Assembly (NCBI GenBank): GCA_963821145.1
Contig: CAWGCV010000009.1
Location: 36,412 to 100,411, forward strand
DNA from: an uncultured Acidobacteriota bacterium
GTDB taxonomy: Bacteria; Acidobacteriota; Terriglobia; Terriglobales; Acidobacteriaceae
Direction: 5' to 3'
Length of the DNA stretch: 64,000 nucleotides
The notes below the pieces were generated by a model. That model made no database searches. It was not told the origin of the DNA and was given only the letters and a program-made list of their open reading frames with translations. A program made the position numbers and the translations under genes. Below, in pieces: positions 8,776 through 20,612 of this stretch. Position 1 is the first letter of the stretch; each line of letters opens with the position of its first letter.

Positions 8776-9996
8776 ATGGCGACTTCTGACAACATCCTCA
8801 ACGAAATTCTCGCGGCCAGGGAACGTATCCGCGACTTTATCTGGTTAACTCCCTGCCAGCTCTCAGCGGAGCTTTCGACTGTGACTGGCCAGCAGATTTA
8901 CCTGAAGCTGGATAATCTGCAGCGGACCGGCGCCTTTAAAGAACGCGGGGCTTTGAATAAAATTCTGCGGCTGAACCCGGAAGAAAAACAGTGCGGAGTC
9001 ATTGCCGCCAGCGCAGGAAACCATGCCCAGGCGGTTGCCTACCATGCTACGCAGCGCGGAATCCGAGCGCAGATCGTGATGCCGCTGACGACACCTCTGG
9101 TCAAGGTTTCCGCGACCCGTGGCTTCGGAGCCGAAGTCATTTTGCACGGCGCTAACTACGATGAAACCTACGCCGAGGCCGTTCGCCGCAGCGAGTCGGA
9201 AGGCATGACCTTTCTGCACCCCTTTGACGATATGCATGTCATCCACGGGCAGGGCACAATCGGAGTTGAGTTGATCGAACAGGTTCCAGATCTGGAGGCT
9301 GTCGTCGTCCCGATCGGAGGAGGCGGACTGATCAGTGGAGTGGCAGCCGCGTTGAAAGAAATGAATCCTGCGATTCGTGTCATCGGCGTTCAGACGGAGC
9401 GTTTACCGTCCATGCTGGCAGCTTGCAATGCAGGGCATCCCGTGACCTTGCCCGCGGAAGCCACGATTGCCGACGGAATTGCGGTTCGCAGAGCAGGCAA
9501 CCTGACGCTGCCACTGGTGCAGCGATATGTCGATGAAATTGTCACCGTCGATGAAGAAGAAATCGCGAACGCCATTCTGGTTTTGCTGGAGCGGGAGAAG
9601 ACCTTGGCCGAAGGAGCAGGTGCAGTTGCGTTGGCTGCGGTCCTAAATAAAAAAACGAACCTGACGCATCAGAAAACGGTCGTTCTGGTATGCGGCGGCA
9701 ATATCGACGTGAGTCTGCTGGCGAGAATTATCGAACGTGGATTGGTAAAAGACGGGCGCAGAGTTCGCATCCGCGTGCATCTTTCAGACCGCCCTGGTGC
9801 GCTGCATCAACTCACCAGGATTCTTGCGGAGCAGCAAGCCAACATCGTGGAGACGCTCCATAACCGTTCACACTATGGCGTGAATCTTGGCGACACGGTT
9901 ATTGACATAACGCTGGAAACACGCGGCATGTCGCACATCCAGACGATTTCGTCTGCGCTGCAGCAAGCCGGCTACAAGTTCGAGCACATTACCTAG
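8776..9996 (+). CDS. ilvA: Threonine ammonia-lyase (threonine dehydratase), short form with one C-terminal ACT-like domain
   Basis: 406 aa. PLP-lysine motif LQRTGAFKERGALNK, glycine loop PIGGGGLISG, and a C-terminal regulatory region (VRIRVHLSDRPGALHQLTRILAE). Confidence 0.9.
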   Translation: MATSDNILNEILAARERIRDFIWLTPCQLSAELSTVTGQQIYLKLDNLQRTGAFKERGALNKILRLNPEEKQCGVIAASAGNHAQAVAYHATQRGIRAQIVMPLTTPLVKVSATRGFGAEVILHGANYDETYAEAVRRSESEGMTFLHPFDDMHVIHGQGTIGVELIEQVPDLEAVVVPIGGGGLISGVAAALKEMNPAIRVIGVQTERLPSMLAACNAGHPVTLPAEATIADGIAVRRAGNLTLPLVQRYVDEIVTVDEEEIANAILVLLEREKTLAEGAGAVALAAVLNKKTNLTHQKTVVLVCGGNIDVSLLARIIERGLVKDGRRVRIRVHLSDRPGALHQLTRILAEQQANIVETLHNRSHYGVNLGDTVIDITLETRGMSHIQTISSALQQAGYKFEHIT

Positions 9997-10039
9997 GGAC
10001 TGTGGCGTTCTCTGCCCCAGCAGCCACCGCGTTCGAACA

Positions 10040-11488
10040 TTATCCCGCTACGCCAACCAGACTGGCATCGCGAGCATTCGGAACTGCACGCAGATATTCA
10101 TCCACTGCTGCTGCCGCTTTCCGTCCTTCAGAAATTGCCCATACCACGAGAGATTGTCCACGCCGCATATCGCCTGCTGCAAACACTCCCTCAACGGTCG
10201 TCATGTAGCTGTTATTGGTCGCGACGTTGCCTCTTGCGTCGATGGCAACTCCCAGCTTTTCCAACATGCCGTTGCGTACAGGGCCTGAGAAGCCCATGGC
10301 CAGCAATACCAGGTCGACTTCCAGCACAAATTCACTACCGGGTTGCGGCTCGAATTTCGGCGGAGGACCGACTTGAACGCCGTGCAACTGCTTCACGTTG
10401 CCGTGCTCATCGCCGACAAACTTTGTCGTTGCCAGGCTCCAGTTCCGTTTACCGCCTTCTTCGTGCGCGCCTTCAGTGCGTAGCTGCATCGGCCACAGTG
10501 GCCATGGCGTCAGTGGCGAACGATCGGAAGGAGGTACCGGCATAATTTCAAATTGCTCGATCGAGAGTGCCTTCTGGCGATGACTTGTACCCAGGCAGTC
10601 CGCGCCGGTATCTCCGCCGCCAATGATCACAACTCGCTTACCGTTGGCGAGGATGGCTCCGGCTTCCGAAACCGCGTCGCCCTCGCAGCGCTTATTTTGC
10701 TGCGGTAAAAATTCCATCGCGAAGTGGATGCCATTCAGCTCACGTCCAGGAACGTTCAGATCCCGCGGCTGCTCCGCACCGCCCGCCAGCAAAATCGCGT
10801 CGAAGTCACGCTGGAGATCTTCAACCGGCACATTTTGGCCGACGTGGGCACCGGTCACAAATGTCACGCCTTCCAATTGCATTTGTTCCAGGCGGCGATC
10901 AAGAATCGTTTTCTCCAGCTTGAAGTTCGGAATTCCATAGCGCATCAATCCGCCGATGCGATCTGCCTTCTCAAAGACGGTGACTGCGTGCCCTGCGCGG
11001 CGCAGTTGTTGCGCAGCCGCTAAACCCGCTGGTCCCGAGCCCACCACTGCAACCCGCTTGCCGGTAGAAAATGACGGCGGTTCAGGATGGACCCAGCCCT
11101 CTTCATAGGCGTGGTCGATGATATTTTTTTCAATCTGCTTAATCGTCACCGCAGGAGCATTAATACCCAACACGCATGCCGCCTCACAGGGCGCCGGGCA
11201 AATTCTTCCCGTGATCTCCGGAAAATTATTGGTCGCATGCAAGCGACGCACGGCCTCTTTCCATCGACCGCGATAGACCAGGTCATTCCAATCAGGAATA
11301 AGGTTGTTGACCGGGCAGCCTGTGTGACAAAACGGCACGCCGCAATCCATGCAGCGCGCGGCCTGCTGTTGCTGCTTTTCTTCCGGAAATGAGCGGTAGA
11401 TCTCAACCCAATCGTTGACGCGCTCTACCACCGGACGCCGCTCTGGCAGCTCGCGTGGAAATTCCATGAATCCTGTCGACTTACCCAT
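10040..11488 (-). CDS. gltD: Glutamate synthase (NADPH) small subunit
   Basis: 482 aa. Fe-S motif [23 protein letters not shown] and Rossmann motif [17 protein letters not shown]. The start overlaps the gltB stop (ATGGGTAA). Confidence 0.92.
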   Translation of the reverse strand: MGKSTGFMEFPRELPERRPVVERVNDWVEIYRSFPEEKQQQQAARCMDCGVPFCHTGCPVNNLIPDWNDLVYRGRWKEAVRRLHATNNFPEITGRICPAPCEAACVLGINAPAVTIKQIEKNIIDHAYEEGWVHPEPPSFSTGKRVAVVGSGPAGLAAAQQLRRAGHAVTVFEKADRIGGLMRYGIPNFKLEKTILDRRLEQMQLEGVTFVTGAHVGQNVPVEDLQRDFDAILLAGGAEQPRDLNVPGRELNGIHFAMEFLPQQNKRCEGDAVSEAGAILANGKRVVIIGGGDTGADCLGTSHRQKALSIEQFEIMPVPPSDRSPLTPWPLWPMQLRTEGAHEEGGKRNWSLATTKFVGDEHGNVKQLHGVQVGPPPKFEPQPGSEFVLEVDLVLLAMGFSGPVRNGMLEKLGVAIDARGNVATNNSYMTTVEGVFAAGDMRRGQSLVVWAISEGRKAAAAVDEYLRAVPNARDASLVGVAG

Positions 11489-14400
11489 GGTGCACCTGCT
11501 CAGCGATCGTCAATGTAGGAAGTTCTCCAGTCGTGACAGCCATTTCTCCGCGCTCACGCAGGACGCGCTTGTATTCCTGCGGAAATACCTTGATGAACTT
11601 TGGCAGGCTCTCATTCCAGTTGGCAAGAATCCAGCCTGCGCGCGGACTCCCTGTCAGATCGCGATGGCGTGTAATCAGCGCCTGTAGTTCTTCGATCTCC
11701 CGCTCATCGATCAGCGGCTCAAGATCGACAGAAGCTGGATTGCATCGTTTCTGTGCGAAATCGCCGCGCTCATCATAGACGTAGGCGATTCCTCCATTCA
11801 TTCCGGCAGCAAAGTTTCGCCCACATGCTCCCAGAACGACGACGCGGCCGTTGGTCATGTATTCACATCCGTGGTCGCCCACGCCTTCCACAACCGCCGT
11901 GGCTCCAGAATTGCGGACAGCGAAGCGTTCTCCAGCGATTCCATTCAGGAAGACTTCTCCGCTGGTTGCGCCGTAAAGAATCACGTTGCCTGCCAGAATG
12001 CTTTCCTCTGGTTGAAAACTGGAGTTGCGCGGCGGGAAAACAATAATCCTGCCGCCCGAAAGCCCCTTGCCGACGTAGTCATTCGCTTCGCCTTCCAGCG
12101 TCAGTGTGACGCCGTTGGGCACAAATGCTCCGAAGCTTTGCCCGGCAGATCCCTGGAAATTGAAGCGGATCGTTTCCTCGGGCAATCCCGCCGGTCCGTA
12201 GCGCCGCACGACTTCACCACCCAGCATGGCCCCGACAGTGCGATGGATATTTCGAATTGGCAGTGAGAATTCCACCGGGTGCTGATGTTCGAGTGCCGGT
12301 TGCGCAAGCTCCATCAAGTGATGGTCGAGTGCCTGCTCCAGGCCGTGATCCTGTTTCTGCACACAATGACGAGCCACGCGGCCCGGCAGCGGTGGGCTAT
12401 ACAAAATGGACGACAGATCGATCCCTTTTGCCTTCCAGTGATCAATCGCTAGATGAGTCTCCAACATGTCGACGCGACCGACCATCTCATCGACGGTGCG
12501 GAAACCGAGTTTCGCCATGTGCTCGCGAACCTGCTCCGCAAGGAAGAAGAAGAAATTAATCACATGCTCCGGCTGACCCTGGAACCGCTTGCGAAGTTCC
12601 GGATCCTGCGTCGCGATACCGACCGGGCATGTGTTCAAGTGGCACTTGCGAATCATGATGCAGCCCATGGTGATGAGCGGAGCGGTCGCAAAACCAAATT
12701 CTTCCGCACCCAGCAACGCCGCAATCACAATGTCTCGTCCGGTTTGCAGCTTGCCATCGGTCTGCACGCGAATGCGGCTGCGCAGATCATTCAGCAGCAA
12801 AACCTGCTGCGTTTCCGCCAGTCCAAGCTCCCACGGAATGCCGGCATGTTTGATAGAACTGAGCGGCGCGGCTCCCGTCCCACCGCTATCGCCGCTGATC
12901 AACACAACGTCGGCATGCGCCTTGGAAACTCCGGCAGCAACGGTGCCGACTCCAACCTCTGACACCAGCTTCACCGCAATGCGTGCCCGCGGGTTGACGT
13001 TCTTCAAGTCGTAGATCAGTTGCGCCAAGTCTTCGATGGAGTAAATATCGTGATGCGGAGGCGGCGAAATCAGTCCCACTCCAGGAATGGAGTGCCGTAG
13101 CCGCGCGATCACCTCATCCACCTTGTAACCCGGCAGCTGTCCACCTTCTCCGGGCTTCGCGCCCTGCGCCATCTTGATCTGCAGTTCGTCCGCATTCATC
13201 AAGTAGTTGGTCGTCACGCCAAAACGTCCGGAAGCGATCTGCTTGACGGCGCTGCGACGCAAATCTCCGTTGGCGTCTGGCGTGAATCGACGCGCATCTT
13301 CTCCGCCCTCGCCGGTGTTTGACATGCCGCCAATGCGGTTCATGGCAATCGCCAGCGTCTCGTGCGCCTCTTTGCTGATAGAACCGAAGGACATGGCTCC
13401 GGTGGTGAATCGTTTGACGATTTCCTTGGCAGGCTCGACTTCTTCCAGCGCAACTGGCGTCTTCGACTCCTTGATTTTCATCAGGCTGCGAAGCGTGCAC
13501 ATGTTGCGACTTTGCTCGTCGATCAGGTCGGTATATTCCTTGAACGTTTTCGGATTGCTCTGCTGCACCGCATGCTGCAGTTTGCTGATGGTCAGCGGAT
13601 TCAGCAGATGCTCTTCTCCGCCCACACGGAAGTGATACGAGCCACCAACATCTAGATCCGTTTCGGAATCGTTCAATGGCGCGAACGCGTACTCATGCTT
13701 CATCTGGGCTTCTCGCGCCAGCACATCGAGCCCCACGCCTTCAATGCGCGACGCCGTACCCTGGAAGTATGTCTCCACCAGGTTTCGATTCAAGCCGATC
13801 GCTTCGAACACCTGGGCTCCGCGATAACTCTGCAAAGTCGAGATACCCATCTTCGAGAACGTTTTCAGCAAGCCCTTGTTCACGGCCTTGATGAAATTCT
13901 TGACCGCCGTATCCGGAGTGATGCCATTCGCAAGATAGCCGCGATGTGCGAGGTCACGAATCGAATCGAACGCTAAATAAGGATTGATGGCGCTAGCTCC
14001 GAAACCAATCAGCAATGCAAAATGCATCACCTCGCGCGGTTCTCCGGATTCGAGAATCAACGCAACTTGCGTGCGAGTTTCCTCGCGCACCAGCAGGTAA
14101 TGAACCGCCGCCAAGGCAAGCAGGCTGGGGATGGGAGCATAATTCTTATCCACGCCGCGATCGGAAAGGATCAGCAACGTATATCCGGATCGAACTGCCA
14201 GAGATGCGCGCTGGCACAACTCATCTAGTGCTCGCTTCAATCCAGCCTCGCCATCTTCTGAGCGGAAATGCGTTGGCAGAGTTGTCGCCAGCAAGTCTCC
14301 AGTAGATACGCGCCGCAGTTTTTCCAATTCGCGATTCGTCAGGATCGCATGCGGAAGCTTCAATGTGTGGCAGTTTTGCGAGGTCTCTGCCAGAATGTTG

Positions 14401-16064
14401 CGCTCGCTTCCGATAAAGCTAGACAGCGACATCACCATCTCTTCGCGGATGGCATCGATCGGCGGATTGGTCACCTGCGCGAACAGTTGCTTGAAATAAC
14501 TGAACAACATCTGCGGCCGGTCAGAAAGGCACGCAAGCGGAGTATCCGTCCCCATGGAACCAATCGGCTCTTCCCCCTTGCTCGCCATCGGCTCCAGAAT
14601 CATTTTCATGTCTTCTTCGGAGTATCCGAACGCACGCTGGCGGCGAAGCAGAGTGTCTGGATTGGCCCCATAGACTCGTGAAGGCTCCGGCAATTGATCG
14701 AGCGTAATCTGCTTCTCCTTCAACCACTCTTCGTACGGTTGACGAGAAACAAGCTGCTGCTTGATTTCCTTGTCGGAAATGATGCGTTGCTGCACGGTGT
14801 CGACCAGGAACATTTTCCCGGGTTGCAGCCGGCCCTTTTTCTTGACGTTCGCCGCCGGAATATCGAGAACACCCGCCTCTGACGCAAGAACAACAATGTC
14901 ATCCTTGGTCACGACGTAGCGACCAGGGCGCAGCCCGTTGCGATCGAGGGTCGCGCCAATCACGCGCCCGTCCGTGAAAGCGATCGCAGCGGGACCATCC
15001 CAAGGCTCCATCAGCGACGCGTGATATTCATAAAAAGCCCGCTTTTCCGGTTTCATATGCGGATTGCCGGCCCACGCCTCTGGAATCAGCATGGCCATGA
15101 CGTGCGGCATGGAACGGCCAGATTGAAACAGCAACTCGACCGCGTTATCGAACGCCGATGAATCGCTGCTTCCGTCCTCGACGATGGGAAATAGCTTTTC
15201 GATGTCCGGGCCAAACGCCGGAGACTCCAGGATCGACTGGCGCGCATGCATCCAGTTCACATTGCCGCGCAGCGTGTTGATTTCGCCATTGTGCGCAACA
15301 TATCGGAATGGATGCGCCAGTCGCCAACTCGGAAATGTATTCGTAGAAAACCGCTGATGCACCAGGCACAGCGCACTGTCGACCTCGGGATCAGCTAACT
15401 CACCATAAAAGCTGGCAATCTGCGGCGCAAGCAGCAGCCCTTTGTAAATGATGGTGCGAGACGACAGAGAAGGAATATAGAAAATTTCCTTGTCTTCAAT
15501 GCTCGACTCGGCGATCTTCTGTTCGGCCAGCTTACGGACAACATAGAGTTTGCGCTCGAAGGCATCCTCGTCCATGCCGTCGGGTTTTCCAATGAAAATC
15601 TGCTGAATATAAGGTTGCGATGCGCGCGCCACGCGGCCAATTGCGTTTCCGTTGCAAGGTGTGTCACGCCAGCCCAAGATCGTCAGACCTTCTTCCCGGA
15701 CGATTTGCTCGAATATTCCTTCGCATTGAAGGCGATTCAGCTTTTCTACCGGCAGAAAAACCATGCCGGCTGCGTAAGCGCCGGGCTCCGGCAATTTGAA
15801 GCCGAGCGCAGCGCATTCGCGCGCAAAAAACCGGTGAGGAATCTGGATCAGAATGCCCGCTCCATCGCCTGTTTCCGCGTCGCAACCGCAGGCGCCGCGA
15901 TGCGTCAGATTGATCAGGACCTCAATGCCCTTCAAAATAATGTCGTGGCTTCTCTCTCCGCGGACGCTGGCCACAAACCCGATTCCGCAGGCATCATGTT
16001 CGTGGCTGGGGTGGTACAGTCCCTGTGCGGAAGGTACGGCTGAAACTGCATGGAATTTAGACAT
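11481..16064 (-). CDS. gltB: Glutamate synthase large subunit
   Basis: Amidotransferase N-terminus [14 protein letters not shown], 3Fe-4S/FMN region [16 protein letters not shown], and the C-terminal GXGXG domain. The ORF track begins at 16133, but ATG 16064 (MSKFHAV..) is preceded by AGAGGAA and is the likelier start. Confidence 0.93.
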   Translation of the reverse strand: MSKFHAVSAVPSAQGLYHPSHEHDACGIGFVASVRGERSHDIILKGIEVLINLTHRGACGCDAETGDGAGILIQIPHRFFARECAALGFKLPEPGAYAAGMVFLPVEKLNRLQCEGIFEQIVREEGLTILGWRDTPCNGNAIGRVARASQPYIQQIFIGKPDGMDEDAFERKLYVVRKLAEQKIAESSIEDKEIFYIPSLSSRTIIYKGLLLAPQIASFYGELADPEVDSALCLVHQRFSTNTFPSWRLAHPFRYVAHNGEINTLRGNVNWMHARQSILESPAFGPDIEKLFPIVEDGSSDSSAFDNAVELLFQSGRSMPHVMAMLIPEAWAGNPHMKPEKRAFYEYHASLMEPWDGPAAIAFTDGRVIGATLDRNGLRPGRYVVTKDDIVVLASEAGVLDIPAANVKKKGRLQPGKMFLVDTVQQRIISDKEIKQQLVSRQPYEEWLKEKQITLDQLPEPSRVYGANPDTLLRRQRAFGYSEEDMKMILEPMASKGEEPIGSMGTDTPLACLSDRPQMLFSYFKQLFAQVTNPPIDAIREEMVMSLSSFIGSERNILAETSQNCHTLKLPHAILTNRELEKLRRVSTGDLLATTLPTHFRSEDGEAGLKRALDELCQRASLAVRSGYTLLILSDRGVDKNYAPIPSLLALAAVHYLLVREETRTQVALILESGEPREVMHFALLIGFGASAINPYLAFDSIRDLAHRGYLANGITPDTAVKNFIKAVNKGLLKTFSKMGISTLQSYRGAQVFEAIGLNRNLVETYFQGTASRIEGVGLDVLAREAQMKHEYAFAPLNDSETDLDVGGSYHFRVGGEEHLLNPLTISKLQHAVQQSNPKTFKEYTDLIDEQSRNMCTLRSLMKIKESKTPVALEEVEPAKEIVKRFTTGAMSFGSISKEAHETLAIAMNRIGGMSNTGEGGEDARRFTPDANGDLRRSAVKQIASGRFGVTTNYLMNADELQIKMAQGAKPGEGGQLPGYKVDEVIARLRHSIPGVGLISPPPHHDIYSIEDLAQLIYDLKNVNPRARIAVKLVSEVGVGTVAAGVSKAHADVVLISGDSGGTGAAPLSSIKHAGIPWELGLAETQQVLLLNDLRSRIRVQTDGKLQTGRDIVIAALLGAEEFGFATAPLITMGCIMIRKCHLNTCPVGIATQDPELRKRFQGQPEHVINFFFFLAEQVREHMAKLGFRTVDEMVGRVDMLETHLAIDHWKAKGIDLSSILYSPPLPGRVARHCVQKQDHGLEQALDHHLMELAQPALEHQHPVEFSLPIRNIHRTVGAMLGGEVVRRYGPAGLPEETIRFNFQGSAGQSFGAFVPNGVTLTLEGEANDYVGKGLSGGRIIVFPPRNSSFQPEESILAGNVILYGATSGEVFLNGIAGERFAVRNSGATAVVEGVGDHGCEYMTNGRVVVLGACGRNFAAGMNGGIAYVYDERGDFAQKRCNPASVDLEPLIDEREIEELQALITRHRDLTGSPRAGWILANWNESLPKFIKVFPQEYKRVLRERGEMAVTTGELPTLTIAEQVHHG

Positions 16065-16531
16065 TGATTCCTCTGCTAAACATTCACTTTTAAGAGTCCT
16101 GTGCATGGTGCGGACCGTCAGGCGGCGTCTCACGAGCGAGAGGCGCTGATCCGCTGGGACAACCGGGGCTGAAGAGTCTTATTTTATACCAATGCTTCCA
16201 GTTTACTGGCTTACCGCCGATAATTCTCAGCCTTGGCAAGCGTGGAGGCGTGTTGAGATCAAACGTCATCCACTGGCCGTCGCGGGCTTGCTTCGTGACG
16301 CATATGGATGGAACAGGCGGCAGTCTGAGCTAAGATCACTGATAATAAGAATAGAATGAGTGTTTGCGACGACACTGAGGCCTTCTCCAAGTTTGATTGA
16401 GATACGATTCCGGATCTCGATCAGCGCTCTTTCAGGCTTCAGAATGAGCTGGACACAACGGGCGGGCTCGCACCGTTCTCGTCCAGACCCCCTTTTAACC
16501 CACAACGAATACGACAAGTGACCCTTACCTT

Positions 16532-17713
16532 ATGGAAGAATTTTCTCGACTGACTCGGCTGCCGGCCTATGTGTTCAACATAACCAACGATTTGAAAGCG
16601 GCCGCTCGGCAACGCGGCGAAGACATCATCGACTTCGGCATGGGAAATCCCGACGGTGCAACTCCGAAGCACATTGTCGACAAGATGATTGAGGCTGCGC
16701 AGAAAACGGCCACGCATCGTTATTCGCTGTCAAAAGGCATTCCTAGGCTGCGCAAGGCAATCTGCAGCTGGTACAAGCGCCGCTACGATGTCGACCTCGA
16801 CCCGCTCACGGAAGCCATCGTGACGATCGGCTCCAAAGAGGGCATCGCCCACCTTTGCCTCGCGACTCTGGATCGCGGAGATTCCGTGCTGGTCCCCAAT
16901 CCCAGCTATCCAATCCACATTTTCGGGCCCATCATCGCCGGAGCAGACGTGCGCTACATCGAAATCACTAGCGCAGCAGCTTTTCTGGCGGACCTGCGCG
17001 CGACGCTTCCATCCATGTCGCCGCGACCGAAAATGCTGATCCTCAATTTTCCGTCCAATCCCACCACACAATGCGTCGATCTCGCTTTCTTTGAGCAGGT
17101 TGTGGCGTTGTGCAAAGAGTACGGCGTCTATGTTGTGCACGACCTGGCGTATGCCGACTTGGTTTTCGATGGCTATCGCGCACCCTCGATCCTTCAGGTT
17201 CCAGGGGCCAAGGACATTGCGGTGGAGTTCTTCACTCTCTCAAAGAGCTACAACATGCCCGGCTGGAGAGTCGGCTTCATGGTGGGCAATCCCACCCTGG
17301 TCGCTGCGCTTGGCCGAATTAAAAGCTATTTTGATTATGGAACATTCACTCCTATCCAGGTCGCGTCCATCCAGGCGCTGGAAGGTCCACAGGAATGCGT
17401 GCAGCAAATTTGCGATAACTACCGTAAGCGGCGGGATGTTCTGGTCCAGGGCCTGAATCAGGCGGGGTGGCAAGTCGACATGCCGAAAGCAACCATGTTC
17501 GTCTGGGCGCAGATTCCGGAAGCCTACCGAAAACTGGGTTCCTTCGAGTTTTCAAAGCAGCTGCTGACAGAGGCCAAGGTCGCCGTCAGTCCAGGGGTTG
17601 GATTTGGCGAGCACGGAGACGGCCATGTCCGCTTTTCGCTAATCGAAAACGAAGAGAGAACACGCCAGGCACTGCGCGGGATCAGGCAAATGCTTCAAAG
17701 AGTTCCTGCATAG
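16532..17713 (+). CDS. Class-I PLP-dependent aminotransferase (AlaC/YfdZ-like alanine or glutamate-pyruvate transaminase type)
   Basis: 393 aa. [36 protein letters not shown] and the PLP-lysine motif [14 protein letters not shown]. Substrate specificity cannot be read from the sequence. Confidence 0.8.
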   Translation: MEEFSRLTRLPAYVFNITNDLKAAARQRGEDIIDFGMGNPDGATPKHIVDKMIEAAQKTATHRYSLSKGIPRLRKAICSWYKRRYDVDLDPLTEAIVTIGSKEGIAHLCLATLDRGDSVLVPNPSYPIHIFGPIIAGADVRYIEITSAAAFLADLRATLPSMSPRPKMLILNFPSNPTTQCVDLAFFEQVVALCKEYGVYVVHDLAYADLVFDGYRAPSILQVPGAKDIAVEFFTLSKSYNMPGWRVGFMVGNPTLVAALGRIKSYFDYGTFTPIQVASIQALEGPQECVQQICDNYRKRRDVLVQGLNQAGWQVDMPKATMFVWAQIPEAYRKLGSFEFSKQLLTEAKVAVSPGVGFGEHGDGHVRFSLIENEERTRQALRGIRQMLQRVPA

Positions 17714-17825
17714 CAGGGTTCTCGAAACAGTGAAGGCGAACGAAATAGCAGCGCAACACATTTCCGATGCAGATTAGATTGTGGACAATCGTTCCAACAA
17801 ATCCAGTGGATGGTGACCTCGCACA

Positions 17826-18857
17826 ATGATGAATGCCTCCCGTTCGTTTCTATTCGTGCTCGCAGTGCTTGTCGTTGTTGGCGGTTCCGCGGCGCTGGCG
17901 CAGTCGTCCGCCACGCCCACGGTTCCGGCGTCCCAAGGAACAGCGGATCAACAGAAGCCGCACCGGCACGCCAGGTCTTTCGAACTGCAAGCGATCACTC
18001 CTGAATTCTGGGAGGTATTCGACAAGAACGCAACCCTCACGACAATGGGAACGGGCTTCGGTTTTACCGAGGGCCCGGTGTGGGATCCTACCGGATTTCT
18101 GTGGGTGAGTGACGAGTCGAAGAATGAAATCGACAAGCTCTATCCGGATGGCCGCATCGAGAACATGGTCTCGCTGGTGGATCCCGACGGCAGCACGTAT
18201 GACCGGGAGCACCGCCTGTTGAGCACCGCCAGCGGGCTGCGAGCTATCATTCGGCTGTCAGCAGACGGCAAAAGCTTCGAGACAGTGGTCGATCACTATC
18301 ACGGCAAAAAGCTGAACACGCCGAATGACATCGTCATCGGTCCCGATGGCGCGATCTATTTCACTGACCCGATCATCGATATGACGAAAGACCAGCACGA
18401 AGAATTGCCTCCTTCCATCTACCGCCTTGGAACCGATAACACTATATCGCTGCTGACCGCGGAAATGAAGGCACCCAACGGCCTTGCGTTCTCTCCGGAT
18501 GGAAAATACCTGTACATCGATGACGACGACAGCATGAAAATCCGGCGCTACAAGTTTCACAAAGATGGAACGATCTCTGACGGAATGGATTTTGCCGACA
18601 TGACCGACCCGGAGAAGCGTGGCGTTCCGGACGGAATGAAAGTCGACGTCAAGGGCCGGTTATTTGTCTCGGGACCCACCGGCGTCTGGGTGTGGAATCG
18701 CAAGGGCGTCCACATCGGTACCGTGCAAATGCCCAAGGGCATGGCCAACCTGACGTGGGGCGGACCGGATAATTCGAAGCTCTACATCACTGCCAGCGAC
18801 ACCGTTTACATACTTCAAACCAAAACGCGCGGAATCCTGGGCTATACCAAGAAATAG
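17826..18857 (+). CDS. Secreted SMP-30/gluconolactonase/LRE-family beta-propeller
   Basis: Signal peptide (FLFVLAVLVVVGGSAALAQS). Motifs GFTEGPVWDPTGFLWVSD, NTPNDIVIGPDGAIYFTDP, PNGLAFSPDGKYLYIDD and PDGMKVDVKGRLFVSG. Confidence 0.85.
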   Translation: MMNASRSFLFVLAVLVVVGGSAALAQSSATPTVPASQGTADQQKPHRHARSFELQAITPEFWEVFDKNATLTTMGTGFGFTEGPVWDPTGFLWVSDESKNEIDKLYPDGRIENMVSLVDPDGSTYDREHRLLSTASGLRAIIRLSADGKSFETVVDHYHGKKLNTPNDIVIGPDGAIYFTDPIIDMTKDQHEELPPSIYRLGTDNTISLLTAEMKAPNGLAFSPDGKYLYIDDDDSMKIRRYKFHKDGTISDGMDFADMTDPEKRGVPDGMKVDVKGRLFVSGPTGVWVWNRKGVHIGTVQMPKGMANLTWGGPDNSKLYITASDTVYILQTKTRGILGYTKK

Positions 18858-18893
18858 CGCGATGGGGATGGCTGGCGTACCCTCGGACTTTGC

Positions 18894-20573
18894 CTAGGGC
18901 AAGGCGAAGGCAAACACGTCATCCCCAGCGGCCACGGCGAAGTACTGATTGCCGTCGATCGCGTAGGACATGGGCGAGGCATGCATGGGCTGTCCGAGTT
19001 GGAACGCCCATAGCGGCTTGCCGGTGCGAGCGTCATCCATCTCGAACTCTTCGGTGTCGTTGCCGAAGGCCACCAGGCCTCCCGCCGTCGTCATTACTCC
19101 AGCCCACGCCTGTTCTCCGCCAATCTGCTTGTCGCGCCATGCGAAATCAAGCTTGGTCAGGTCGAACGCGTTGATATAACTATCGTCTTCCACGTTGCCG
19201 GGAGGCGTTCGCGAGCCGGTTGAATAATACGGACGCCCGGGCTTGAAAGGTTCTTTCTTCGCCACCAACACGTCGCATCCCTCGAATGAACGGAAATAGA
19301 ACATGTTTGTCTGCGGATCGTAGCTTGGCGAATACCAGTTGGTCGCACCTGCGAAGCCAGGACAAACCTTAACGCCTTTTGAGTCGGGAATCAGATGATT
19401 GGAGATGGGCCGCCCGTTCTTGTCGATGCCTTTGGCCCAGTTCATTCGGTTCATGAACTGCTTCGAATAGAGATACTCTCCCGTTGTGCGATCGAGAATA
19501 TACAAAAAGCCGTTGCGGTTTGCCGTCACGATCAGTTTGCGCGGCTTGCCATCGAATTTTGCGTCCACCAGTATCGGCGTCTGCACTGAGTCATAGTCGT
19601 AGAGATCGTGCGGATTGAACTGGAAATACCATTTCAGTTTCCCTGTGTCCGGGTCGAGCGCCACCAGAGAGCTGGTATAGAGGTTGTCGCCCGGCCGTAC
19701 ACTTCCGTCGAAATCAGGTGCGGGATTGCTGGTCCCCCAATAGATCGTGTTCAGTTCAGGATCATAGGTTCCCGGCATCCAGGCGGTACCGCCTCCAAGC
19801 AAATAGGCATCGCCTGCCGGCCAGGTTTCCGAGCCTTTTTCACCCGGAGCGGGAATCGTCCAGAAGCGCCACACTTCTTTTCCCGTCTGTGCGTCGAAAG
19901 CGGCCACAAAGCCGCGCACACCGTCGTCGCCGCCGGAAGTACCCACCAGCACTTTATCTTTCACAATCAGAGGAGCACTCGTGGCACCGTAACTCTGGGT
20001 GTTGTCTGCATACGCTACATCCCAGATCAGGTTGCCGGAACGTGCATCCAGGCATAGCAAGTGCGCGTTGTCCGTCTCCATATAGACGCGGGTTCCAAGC
20101 ACGGCAACACCGCGGTTGATATGGCCCGAAGCGTCGTCAACCAGCCCGGATGTGACGCCGCGGGCATGGTGCCACAGCAGCGCACCTGTCTTCGCATCCA
20201 GGGCATAGGCATCGTTGGAGCCGGTAATAAACATGACCCCGGCCACCACCACCGGAGTCACCTCCAGCACACCGGCGTTTCGAGTGTGGAAGACCCACTT
20301 GGCAGCCAGATGGCTTACATTTTGCGGCGTCACCTGCGACATGCTGCTATAACGGCGGCCGGTATAGTCTCCGTTGTAGGAAACCCAATTGTTCGTGATG
20401 GTCTTCTGCAACAGATCCCTCTGTTGCACATGAATCTGACCCAGTGCGGTTCCCTGCTCCGCGTGATCCCCCTGAACGCTTGCCTTCACCGCAGACCGTC
20501 CCTGCATGGCGAGGACCGCCATCATCATGGTGGTAGCGGCAAGCCCAACCAGACTCCTGCAGCCCCTCGTCAT
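18894..20573 (-). CDS. PQQ-dependent dehydrogenase, methanol/ethanol (8-bladed propeller) family, non-canonical
   Basis: 559 aa with a signal peptide. WVSYNGDYTGRRYSSMSQVTPQNV..LAAKWVF N-terminus typical of quinoprotein alcohol dehydrogenases. PHDLYDYDSVQTPILVD active-site strand. Repeated W-motif propeller blades. Confidence 0.85.
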   Translation of the reverse strand: MTRGCRSLVGLAATTMMMAVLAMQGRSAVKASVQGDHAEQGTALGQIHVQQRDLLQKTITNNWVSYNGDYTGRRYSSMSQVTPQNVSHLAAKWVFHTRNAGVLEVTPVVVAGVMFITGSNDAYALDAKTGALLWHHARGVTSGLVDDASGHINRGVAVLGTRVYMETDNAHLLCLDARSGNLIWDVAYADNTQSYGATSAPLIVKDKVLVGTSGGDDGVRGFVAAFDAQTGKEVWRFWTIPAPGEKGSETWPAGDAYLLGGGTAWMPGTYDPELNTIYWGTSNPAPDFDGSVRPGDNLYTSSLVALDPDTGKLKWYFQFNPHDLYDYDSVQTPILVDAKFDGKPRKLIVTANRNGFLYILDRTTGEYLYSKQFMNRMNWAKGIDKNGRPISNHLIPDSKGVKVCPGFAGATNWYSPSYDPQTNMFYFRSFEGCDVLVAKKEPFKPGRPYYSTGSRTPPGNVEDDSYINAFDLTKLDFAWRDKQIGGEQAWAGVMTTAGGLVAFGNDTEEFEMDDARTGKPLWAFQLGQPMHASPMSYAIDGNQYFAVAAGDDVFAFALP

Positions 20574-20612
20574 CGTCCAATTCCTTCCATCATGTCGGAG
20601 TTCTGCAGCCTT

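Noticed and set aside
16065-16133. 23-codon N-terminal extension of gltB in the ORF track ([23 protein letters not shown])
   Set aside because: The internal ATG at 16064 has a good AGAGGAA ribosome-binding site. It gives the normal short propeptide before the catalytic Cys (..HDACGIGF). The extension is Arg-rich and unlikely to be translated.
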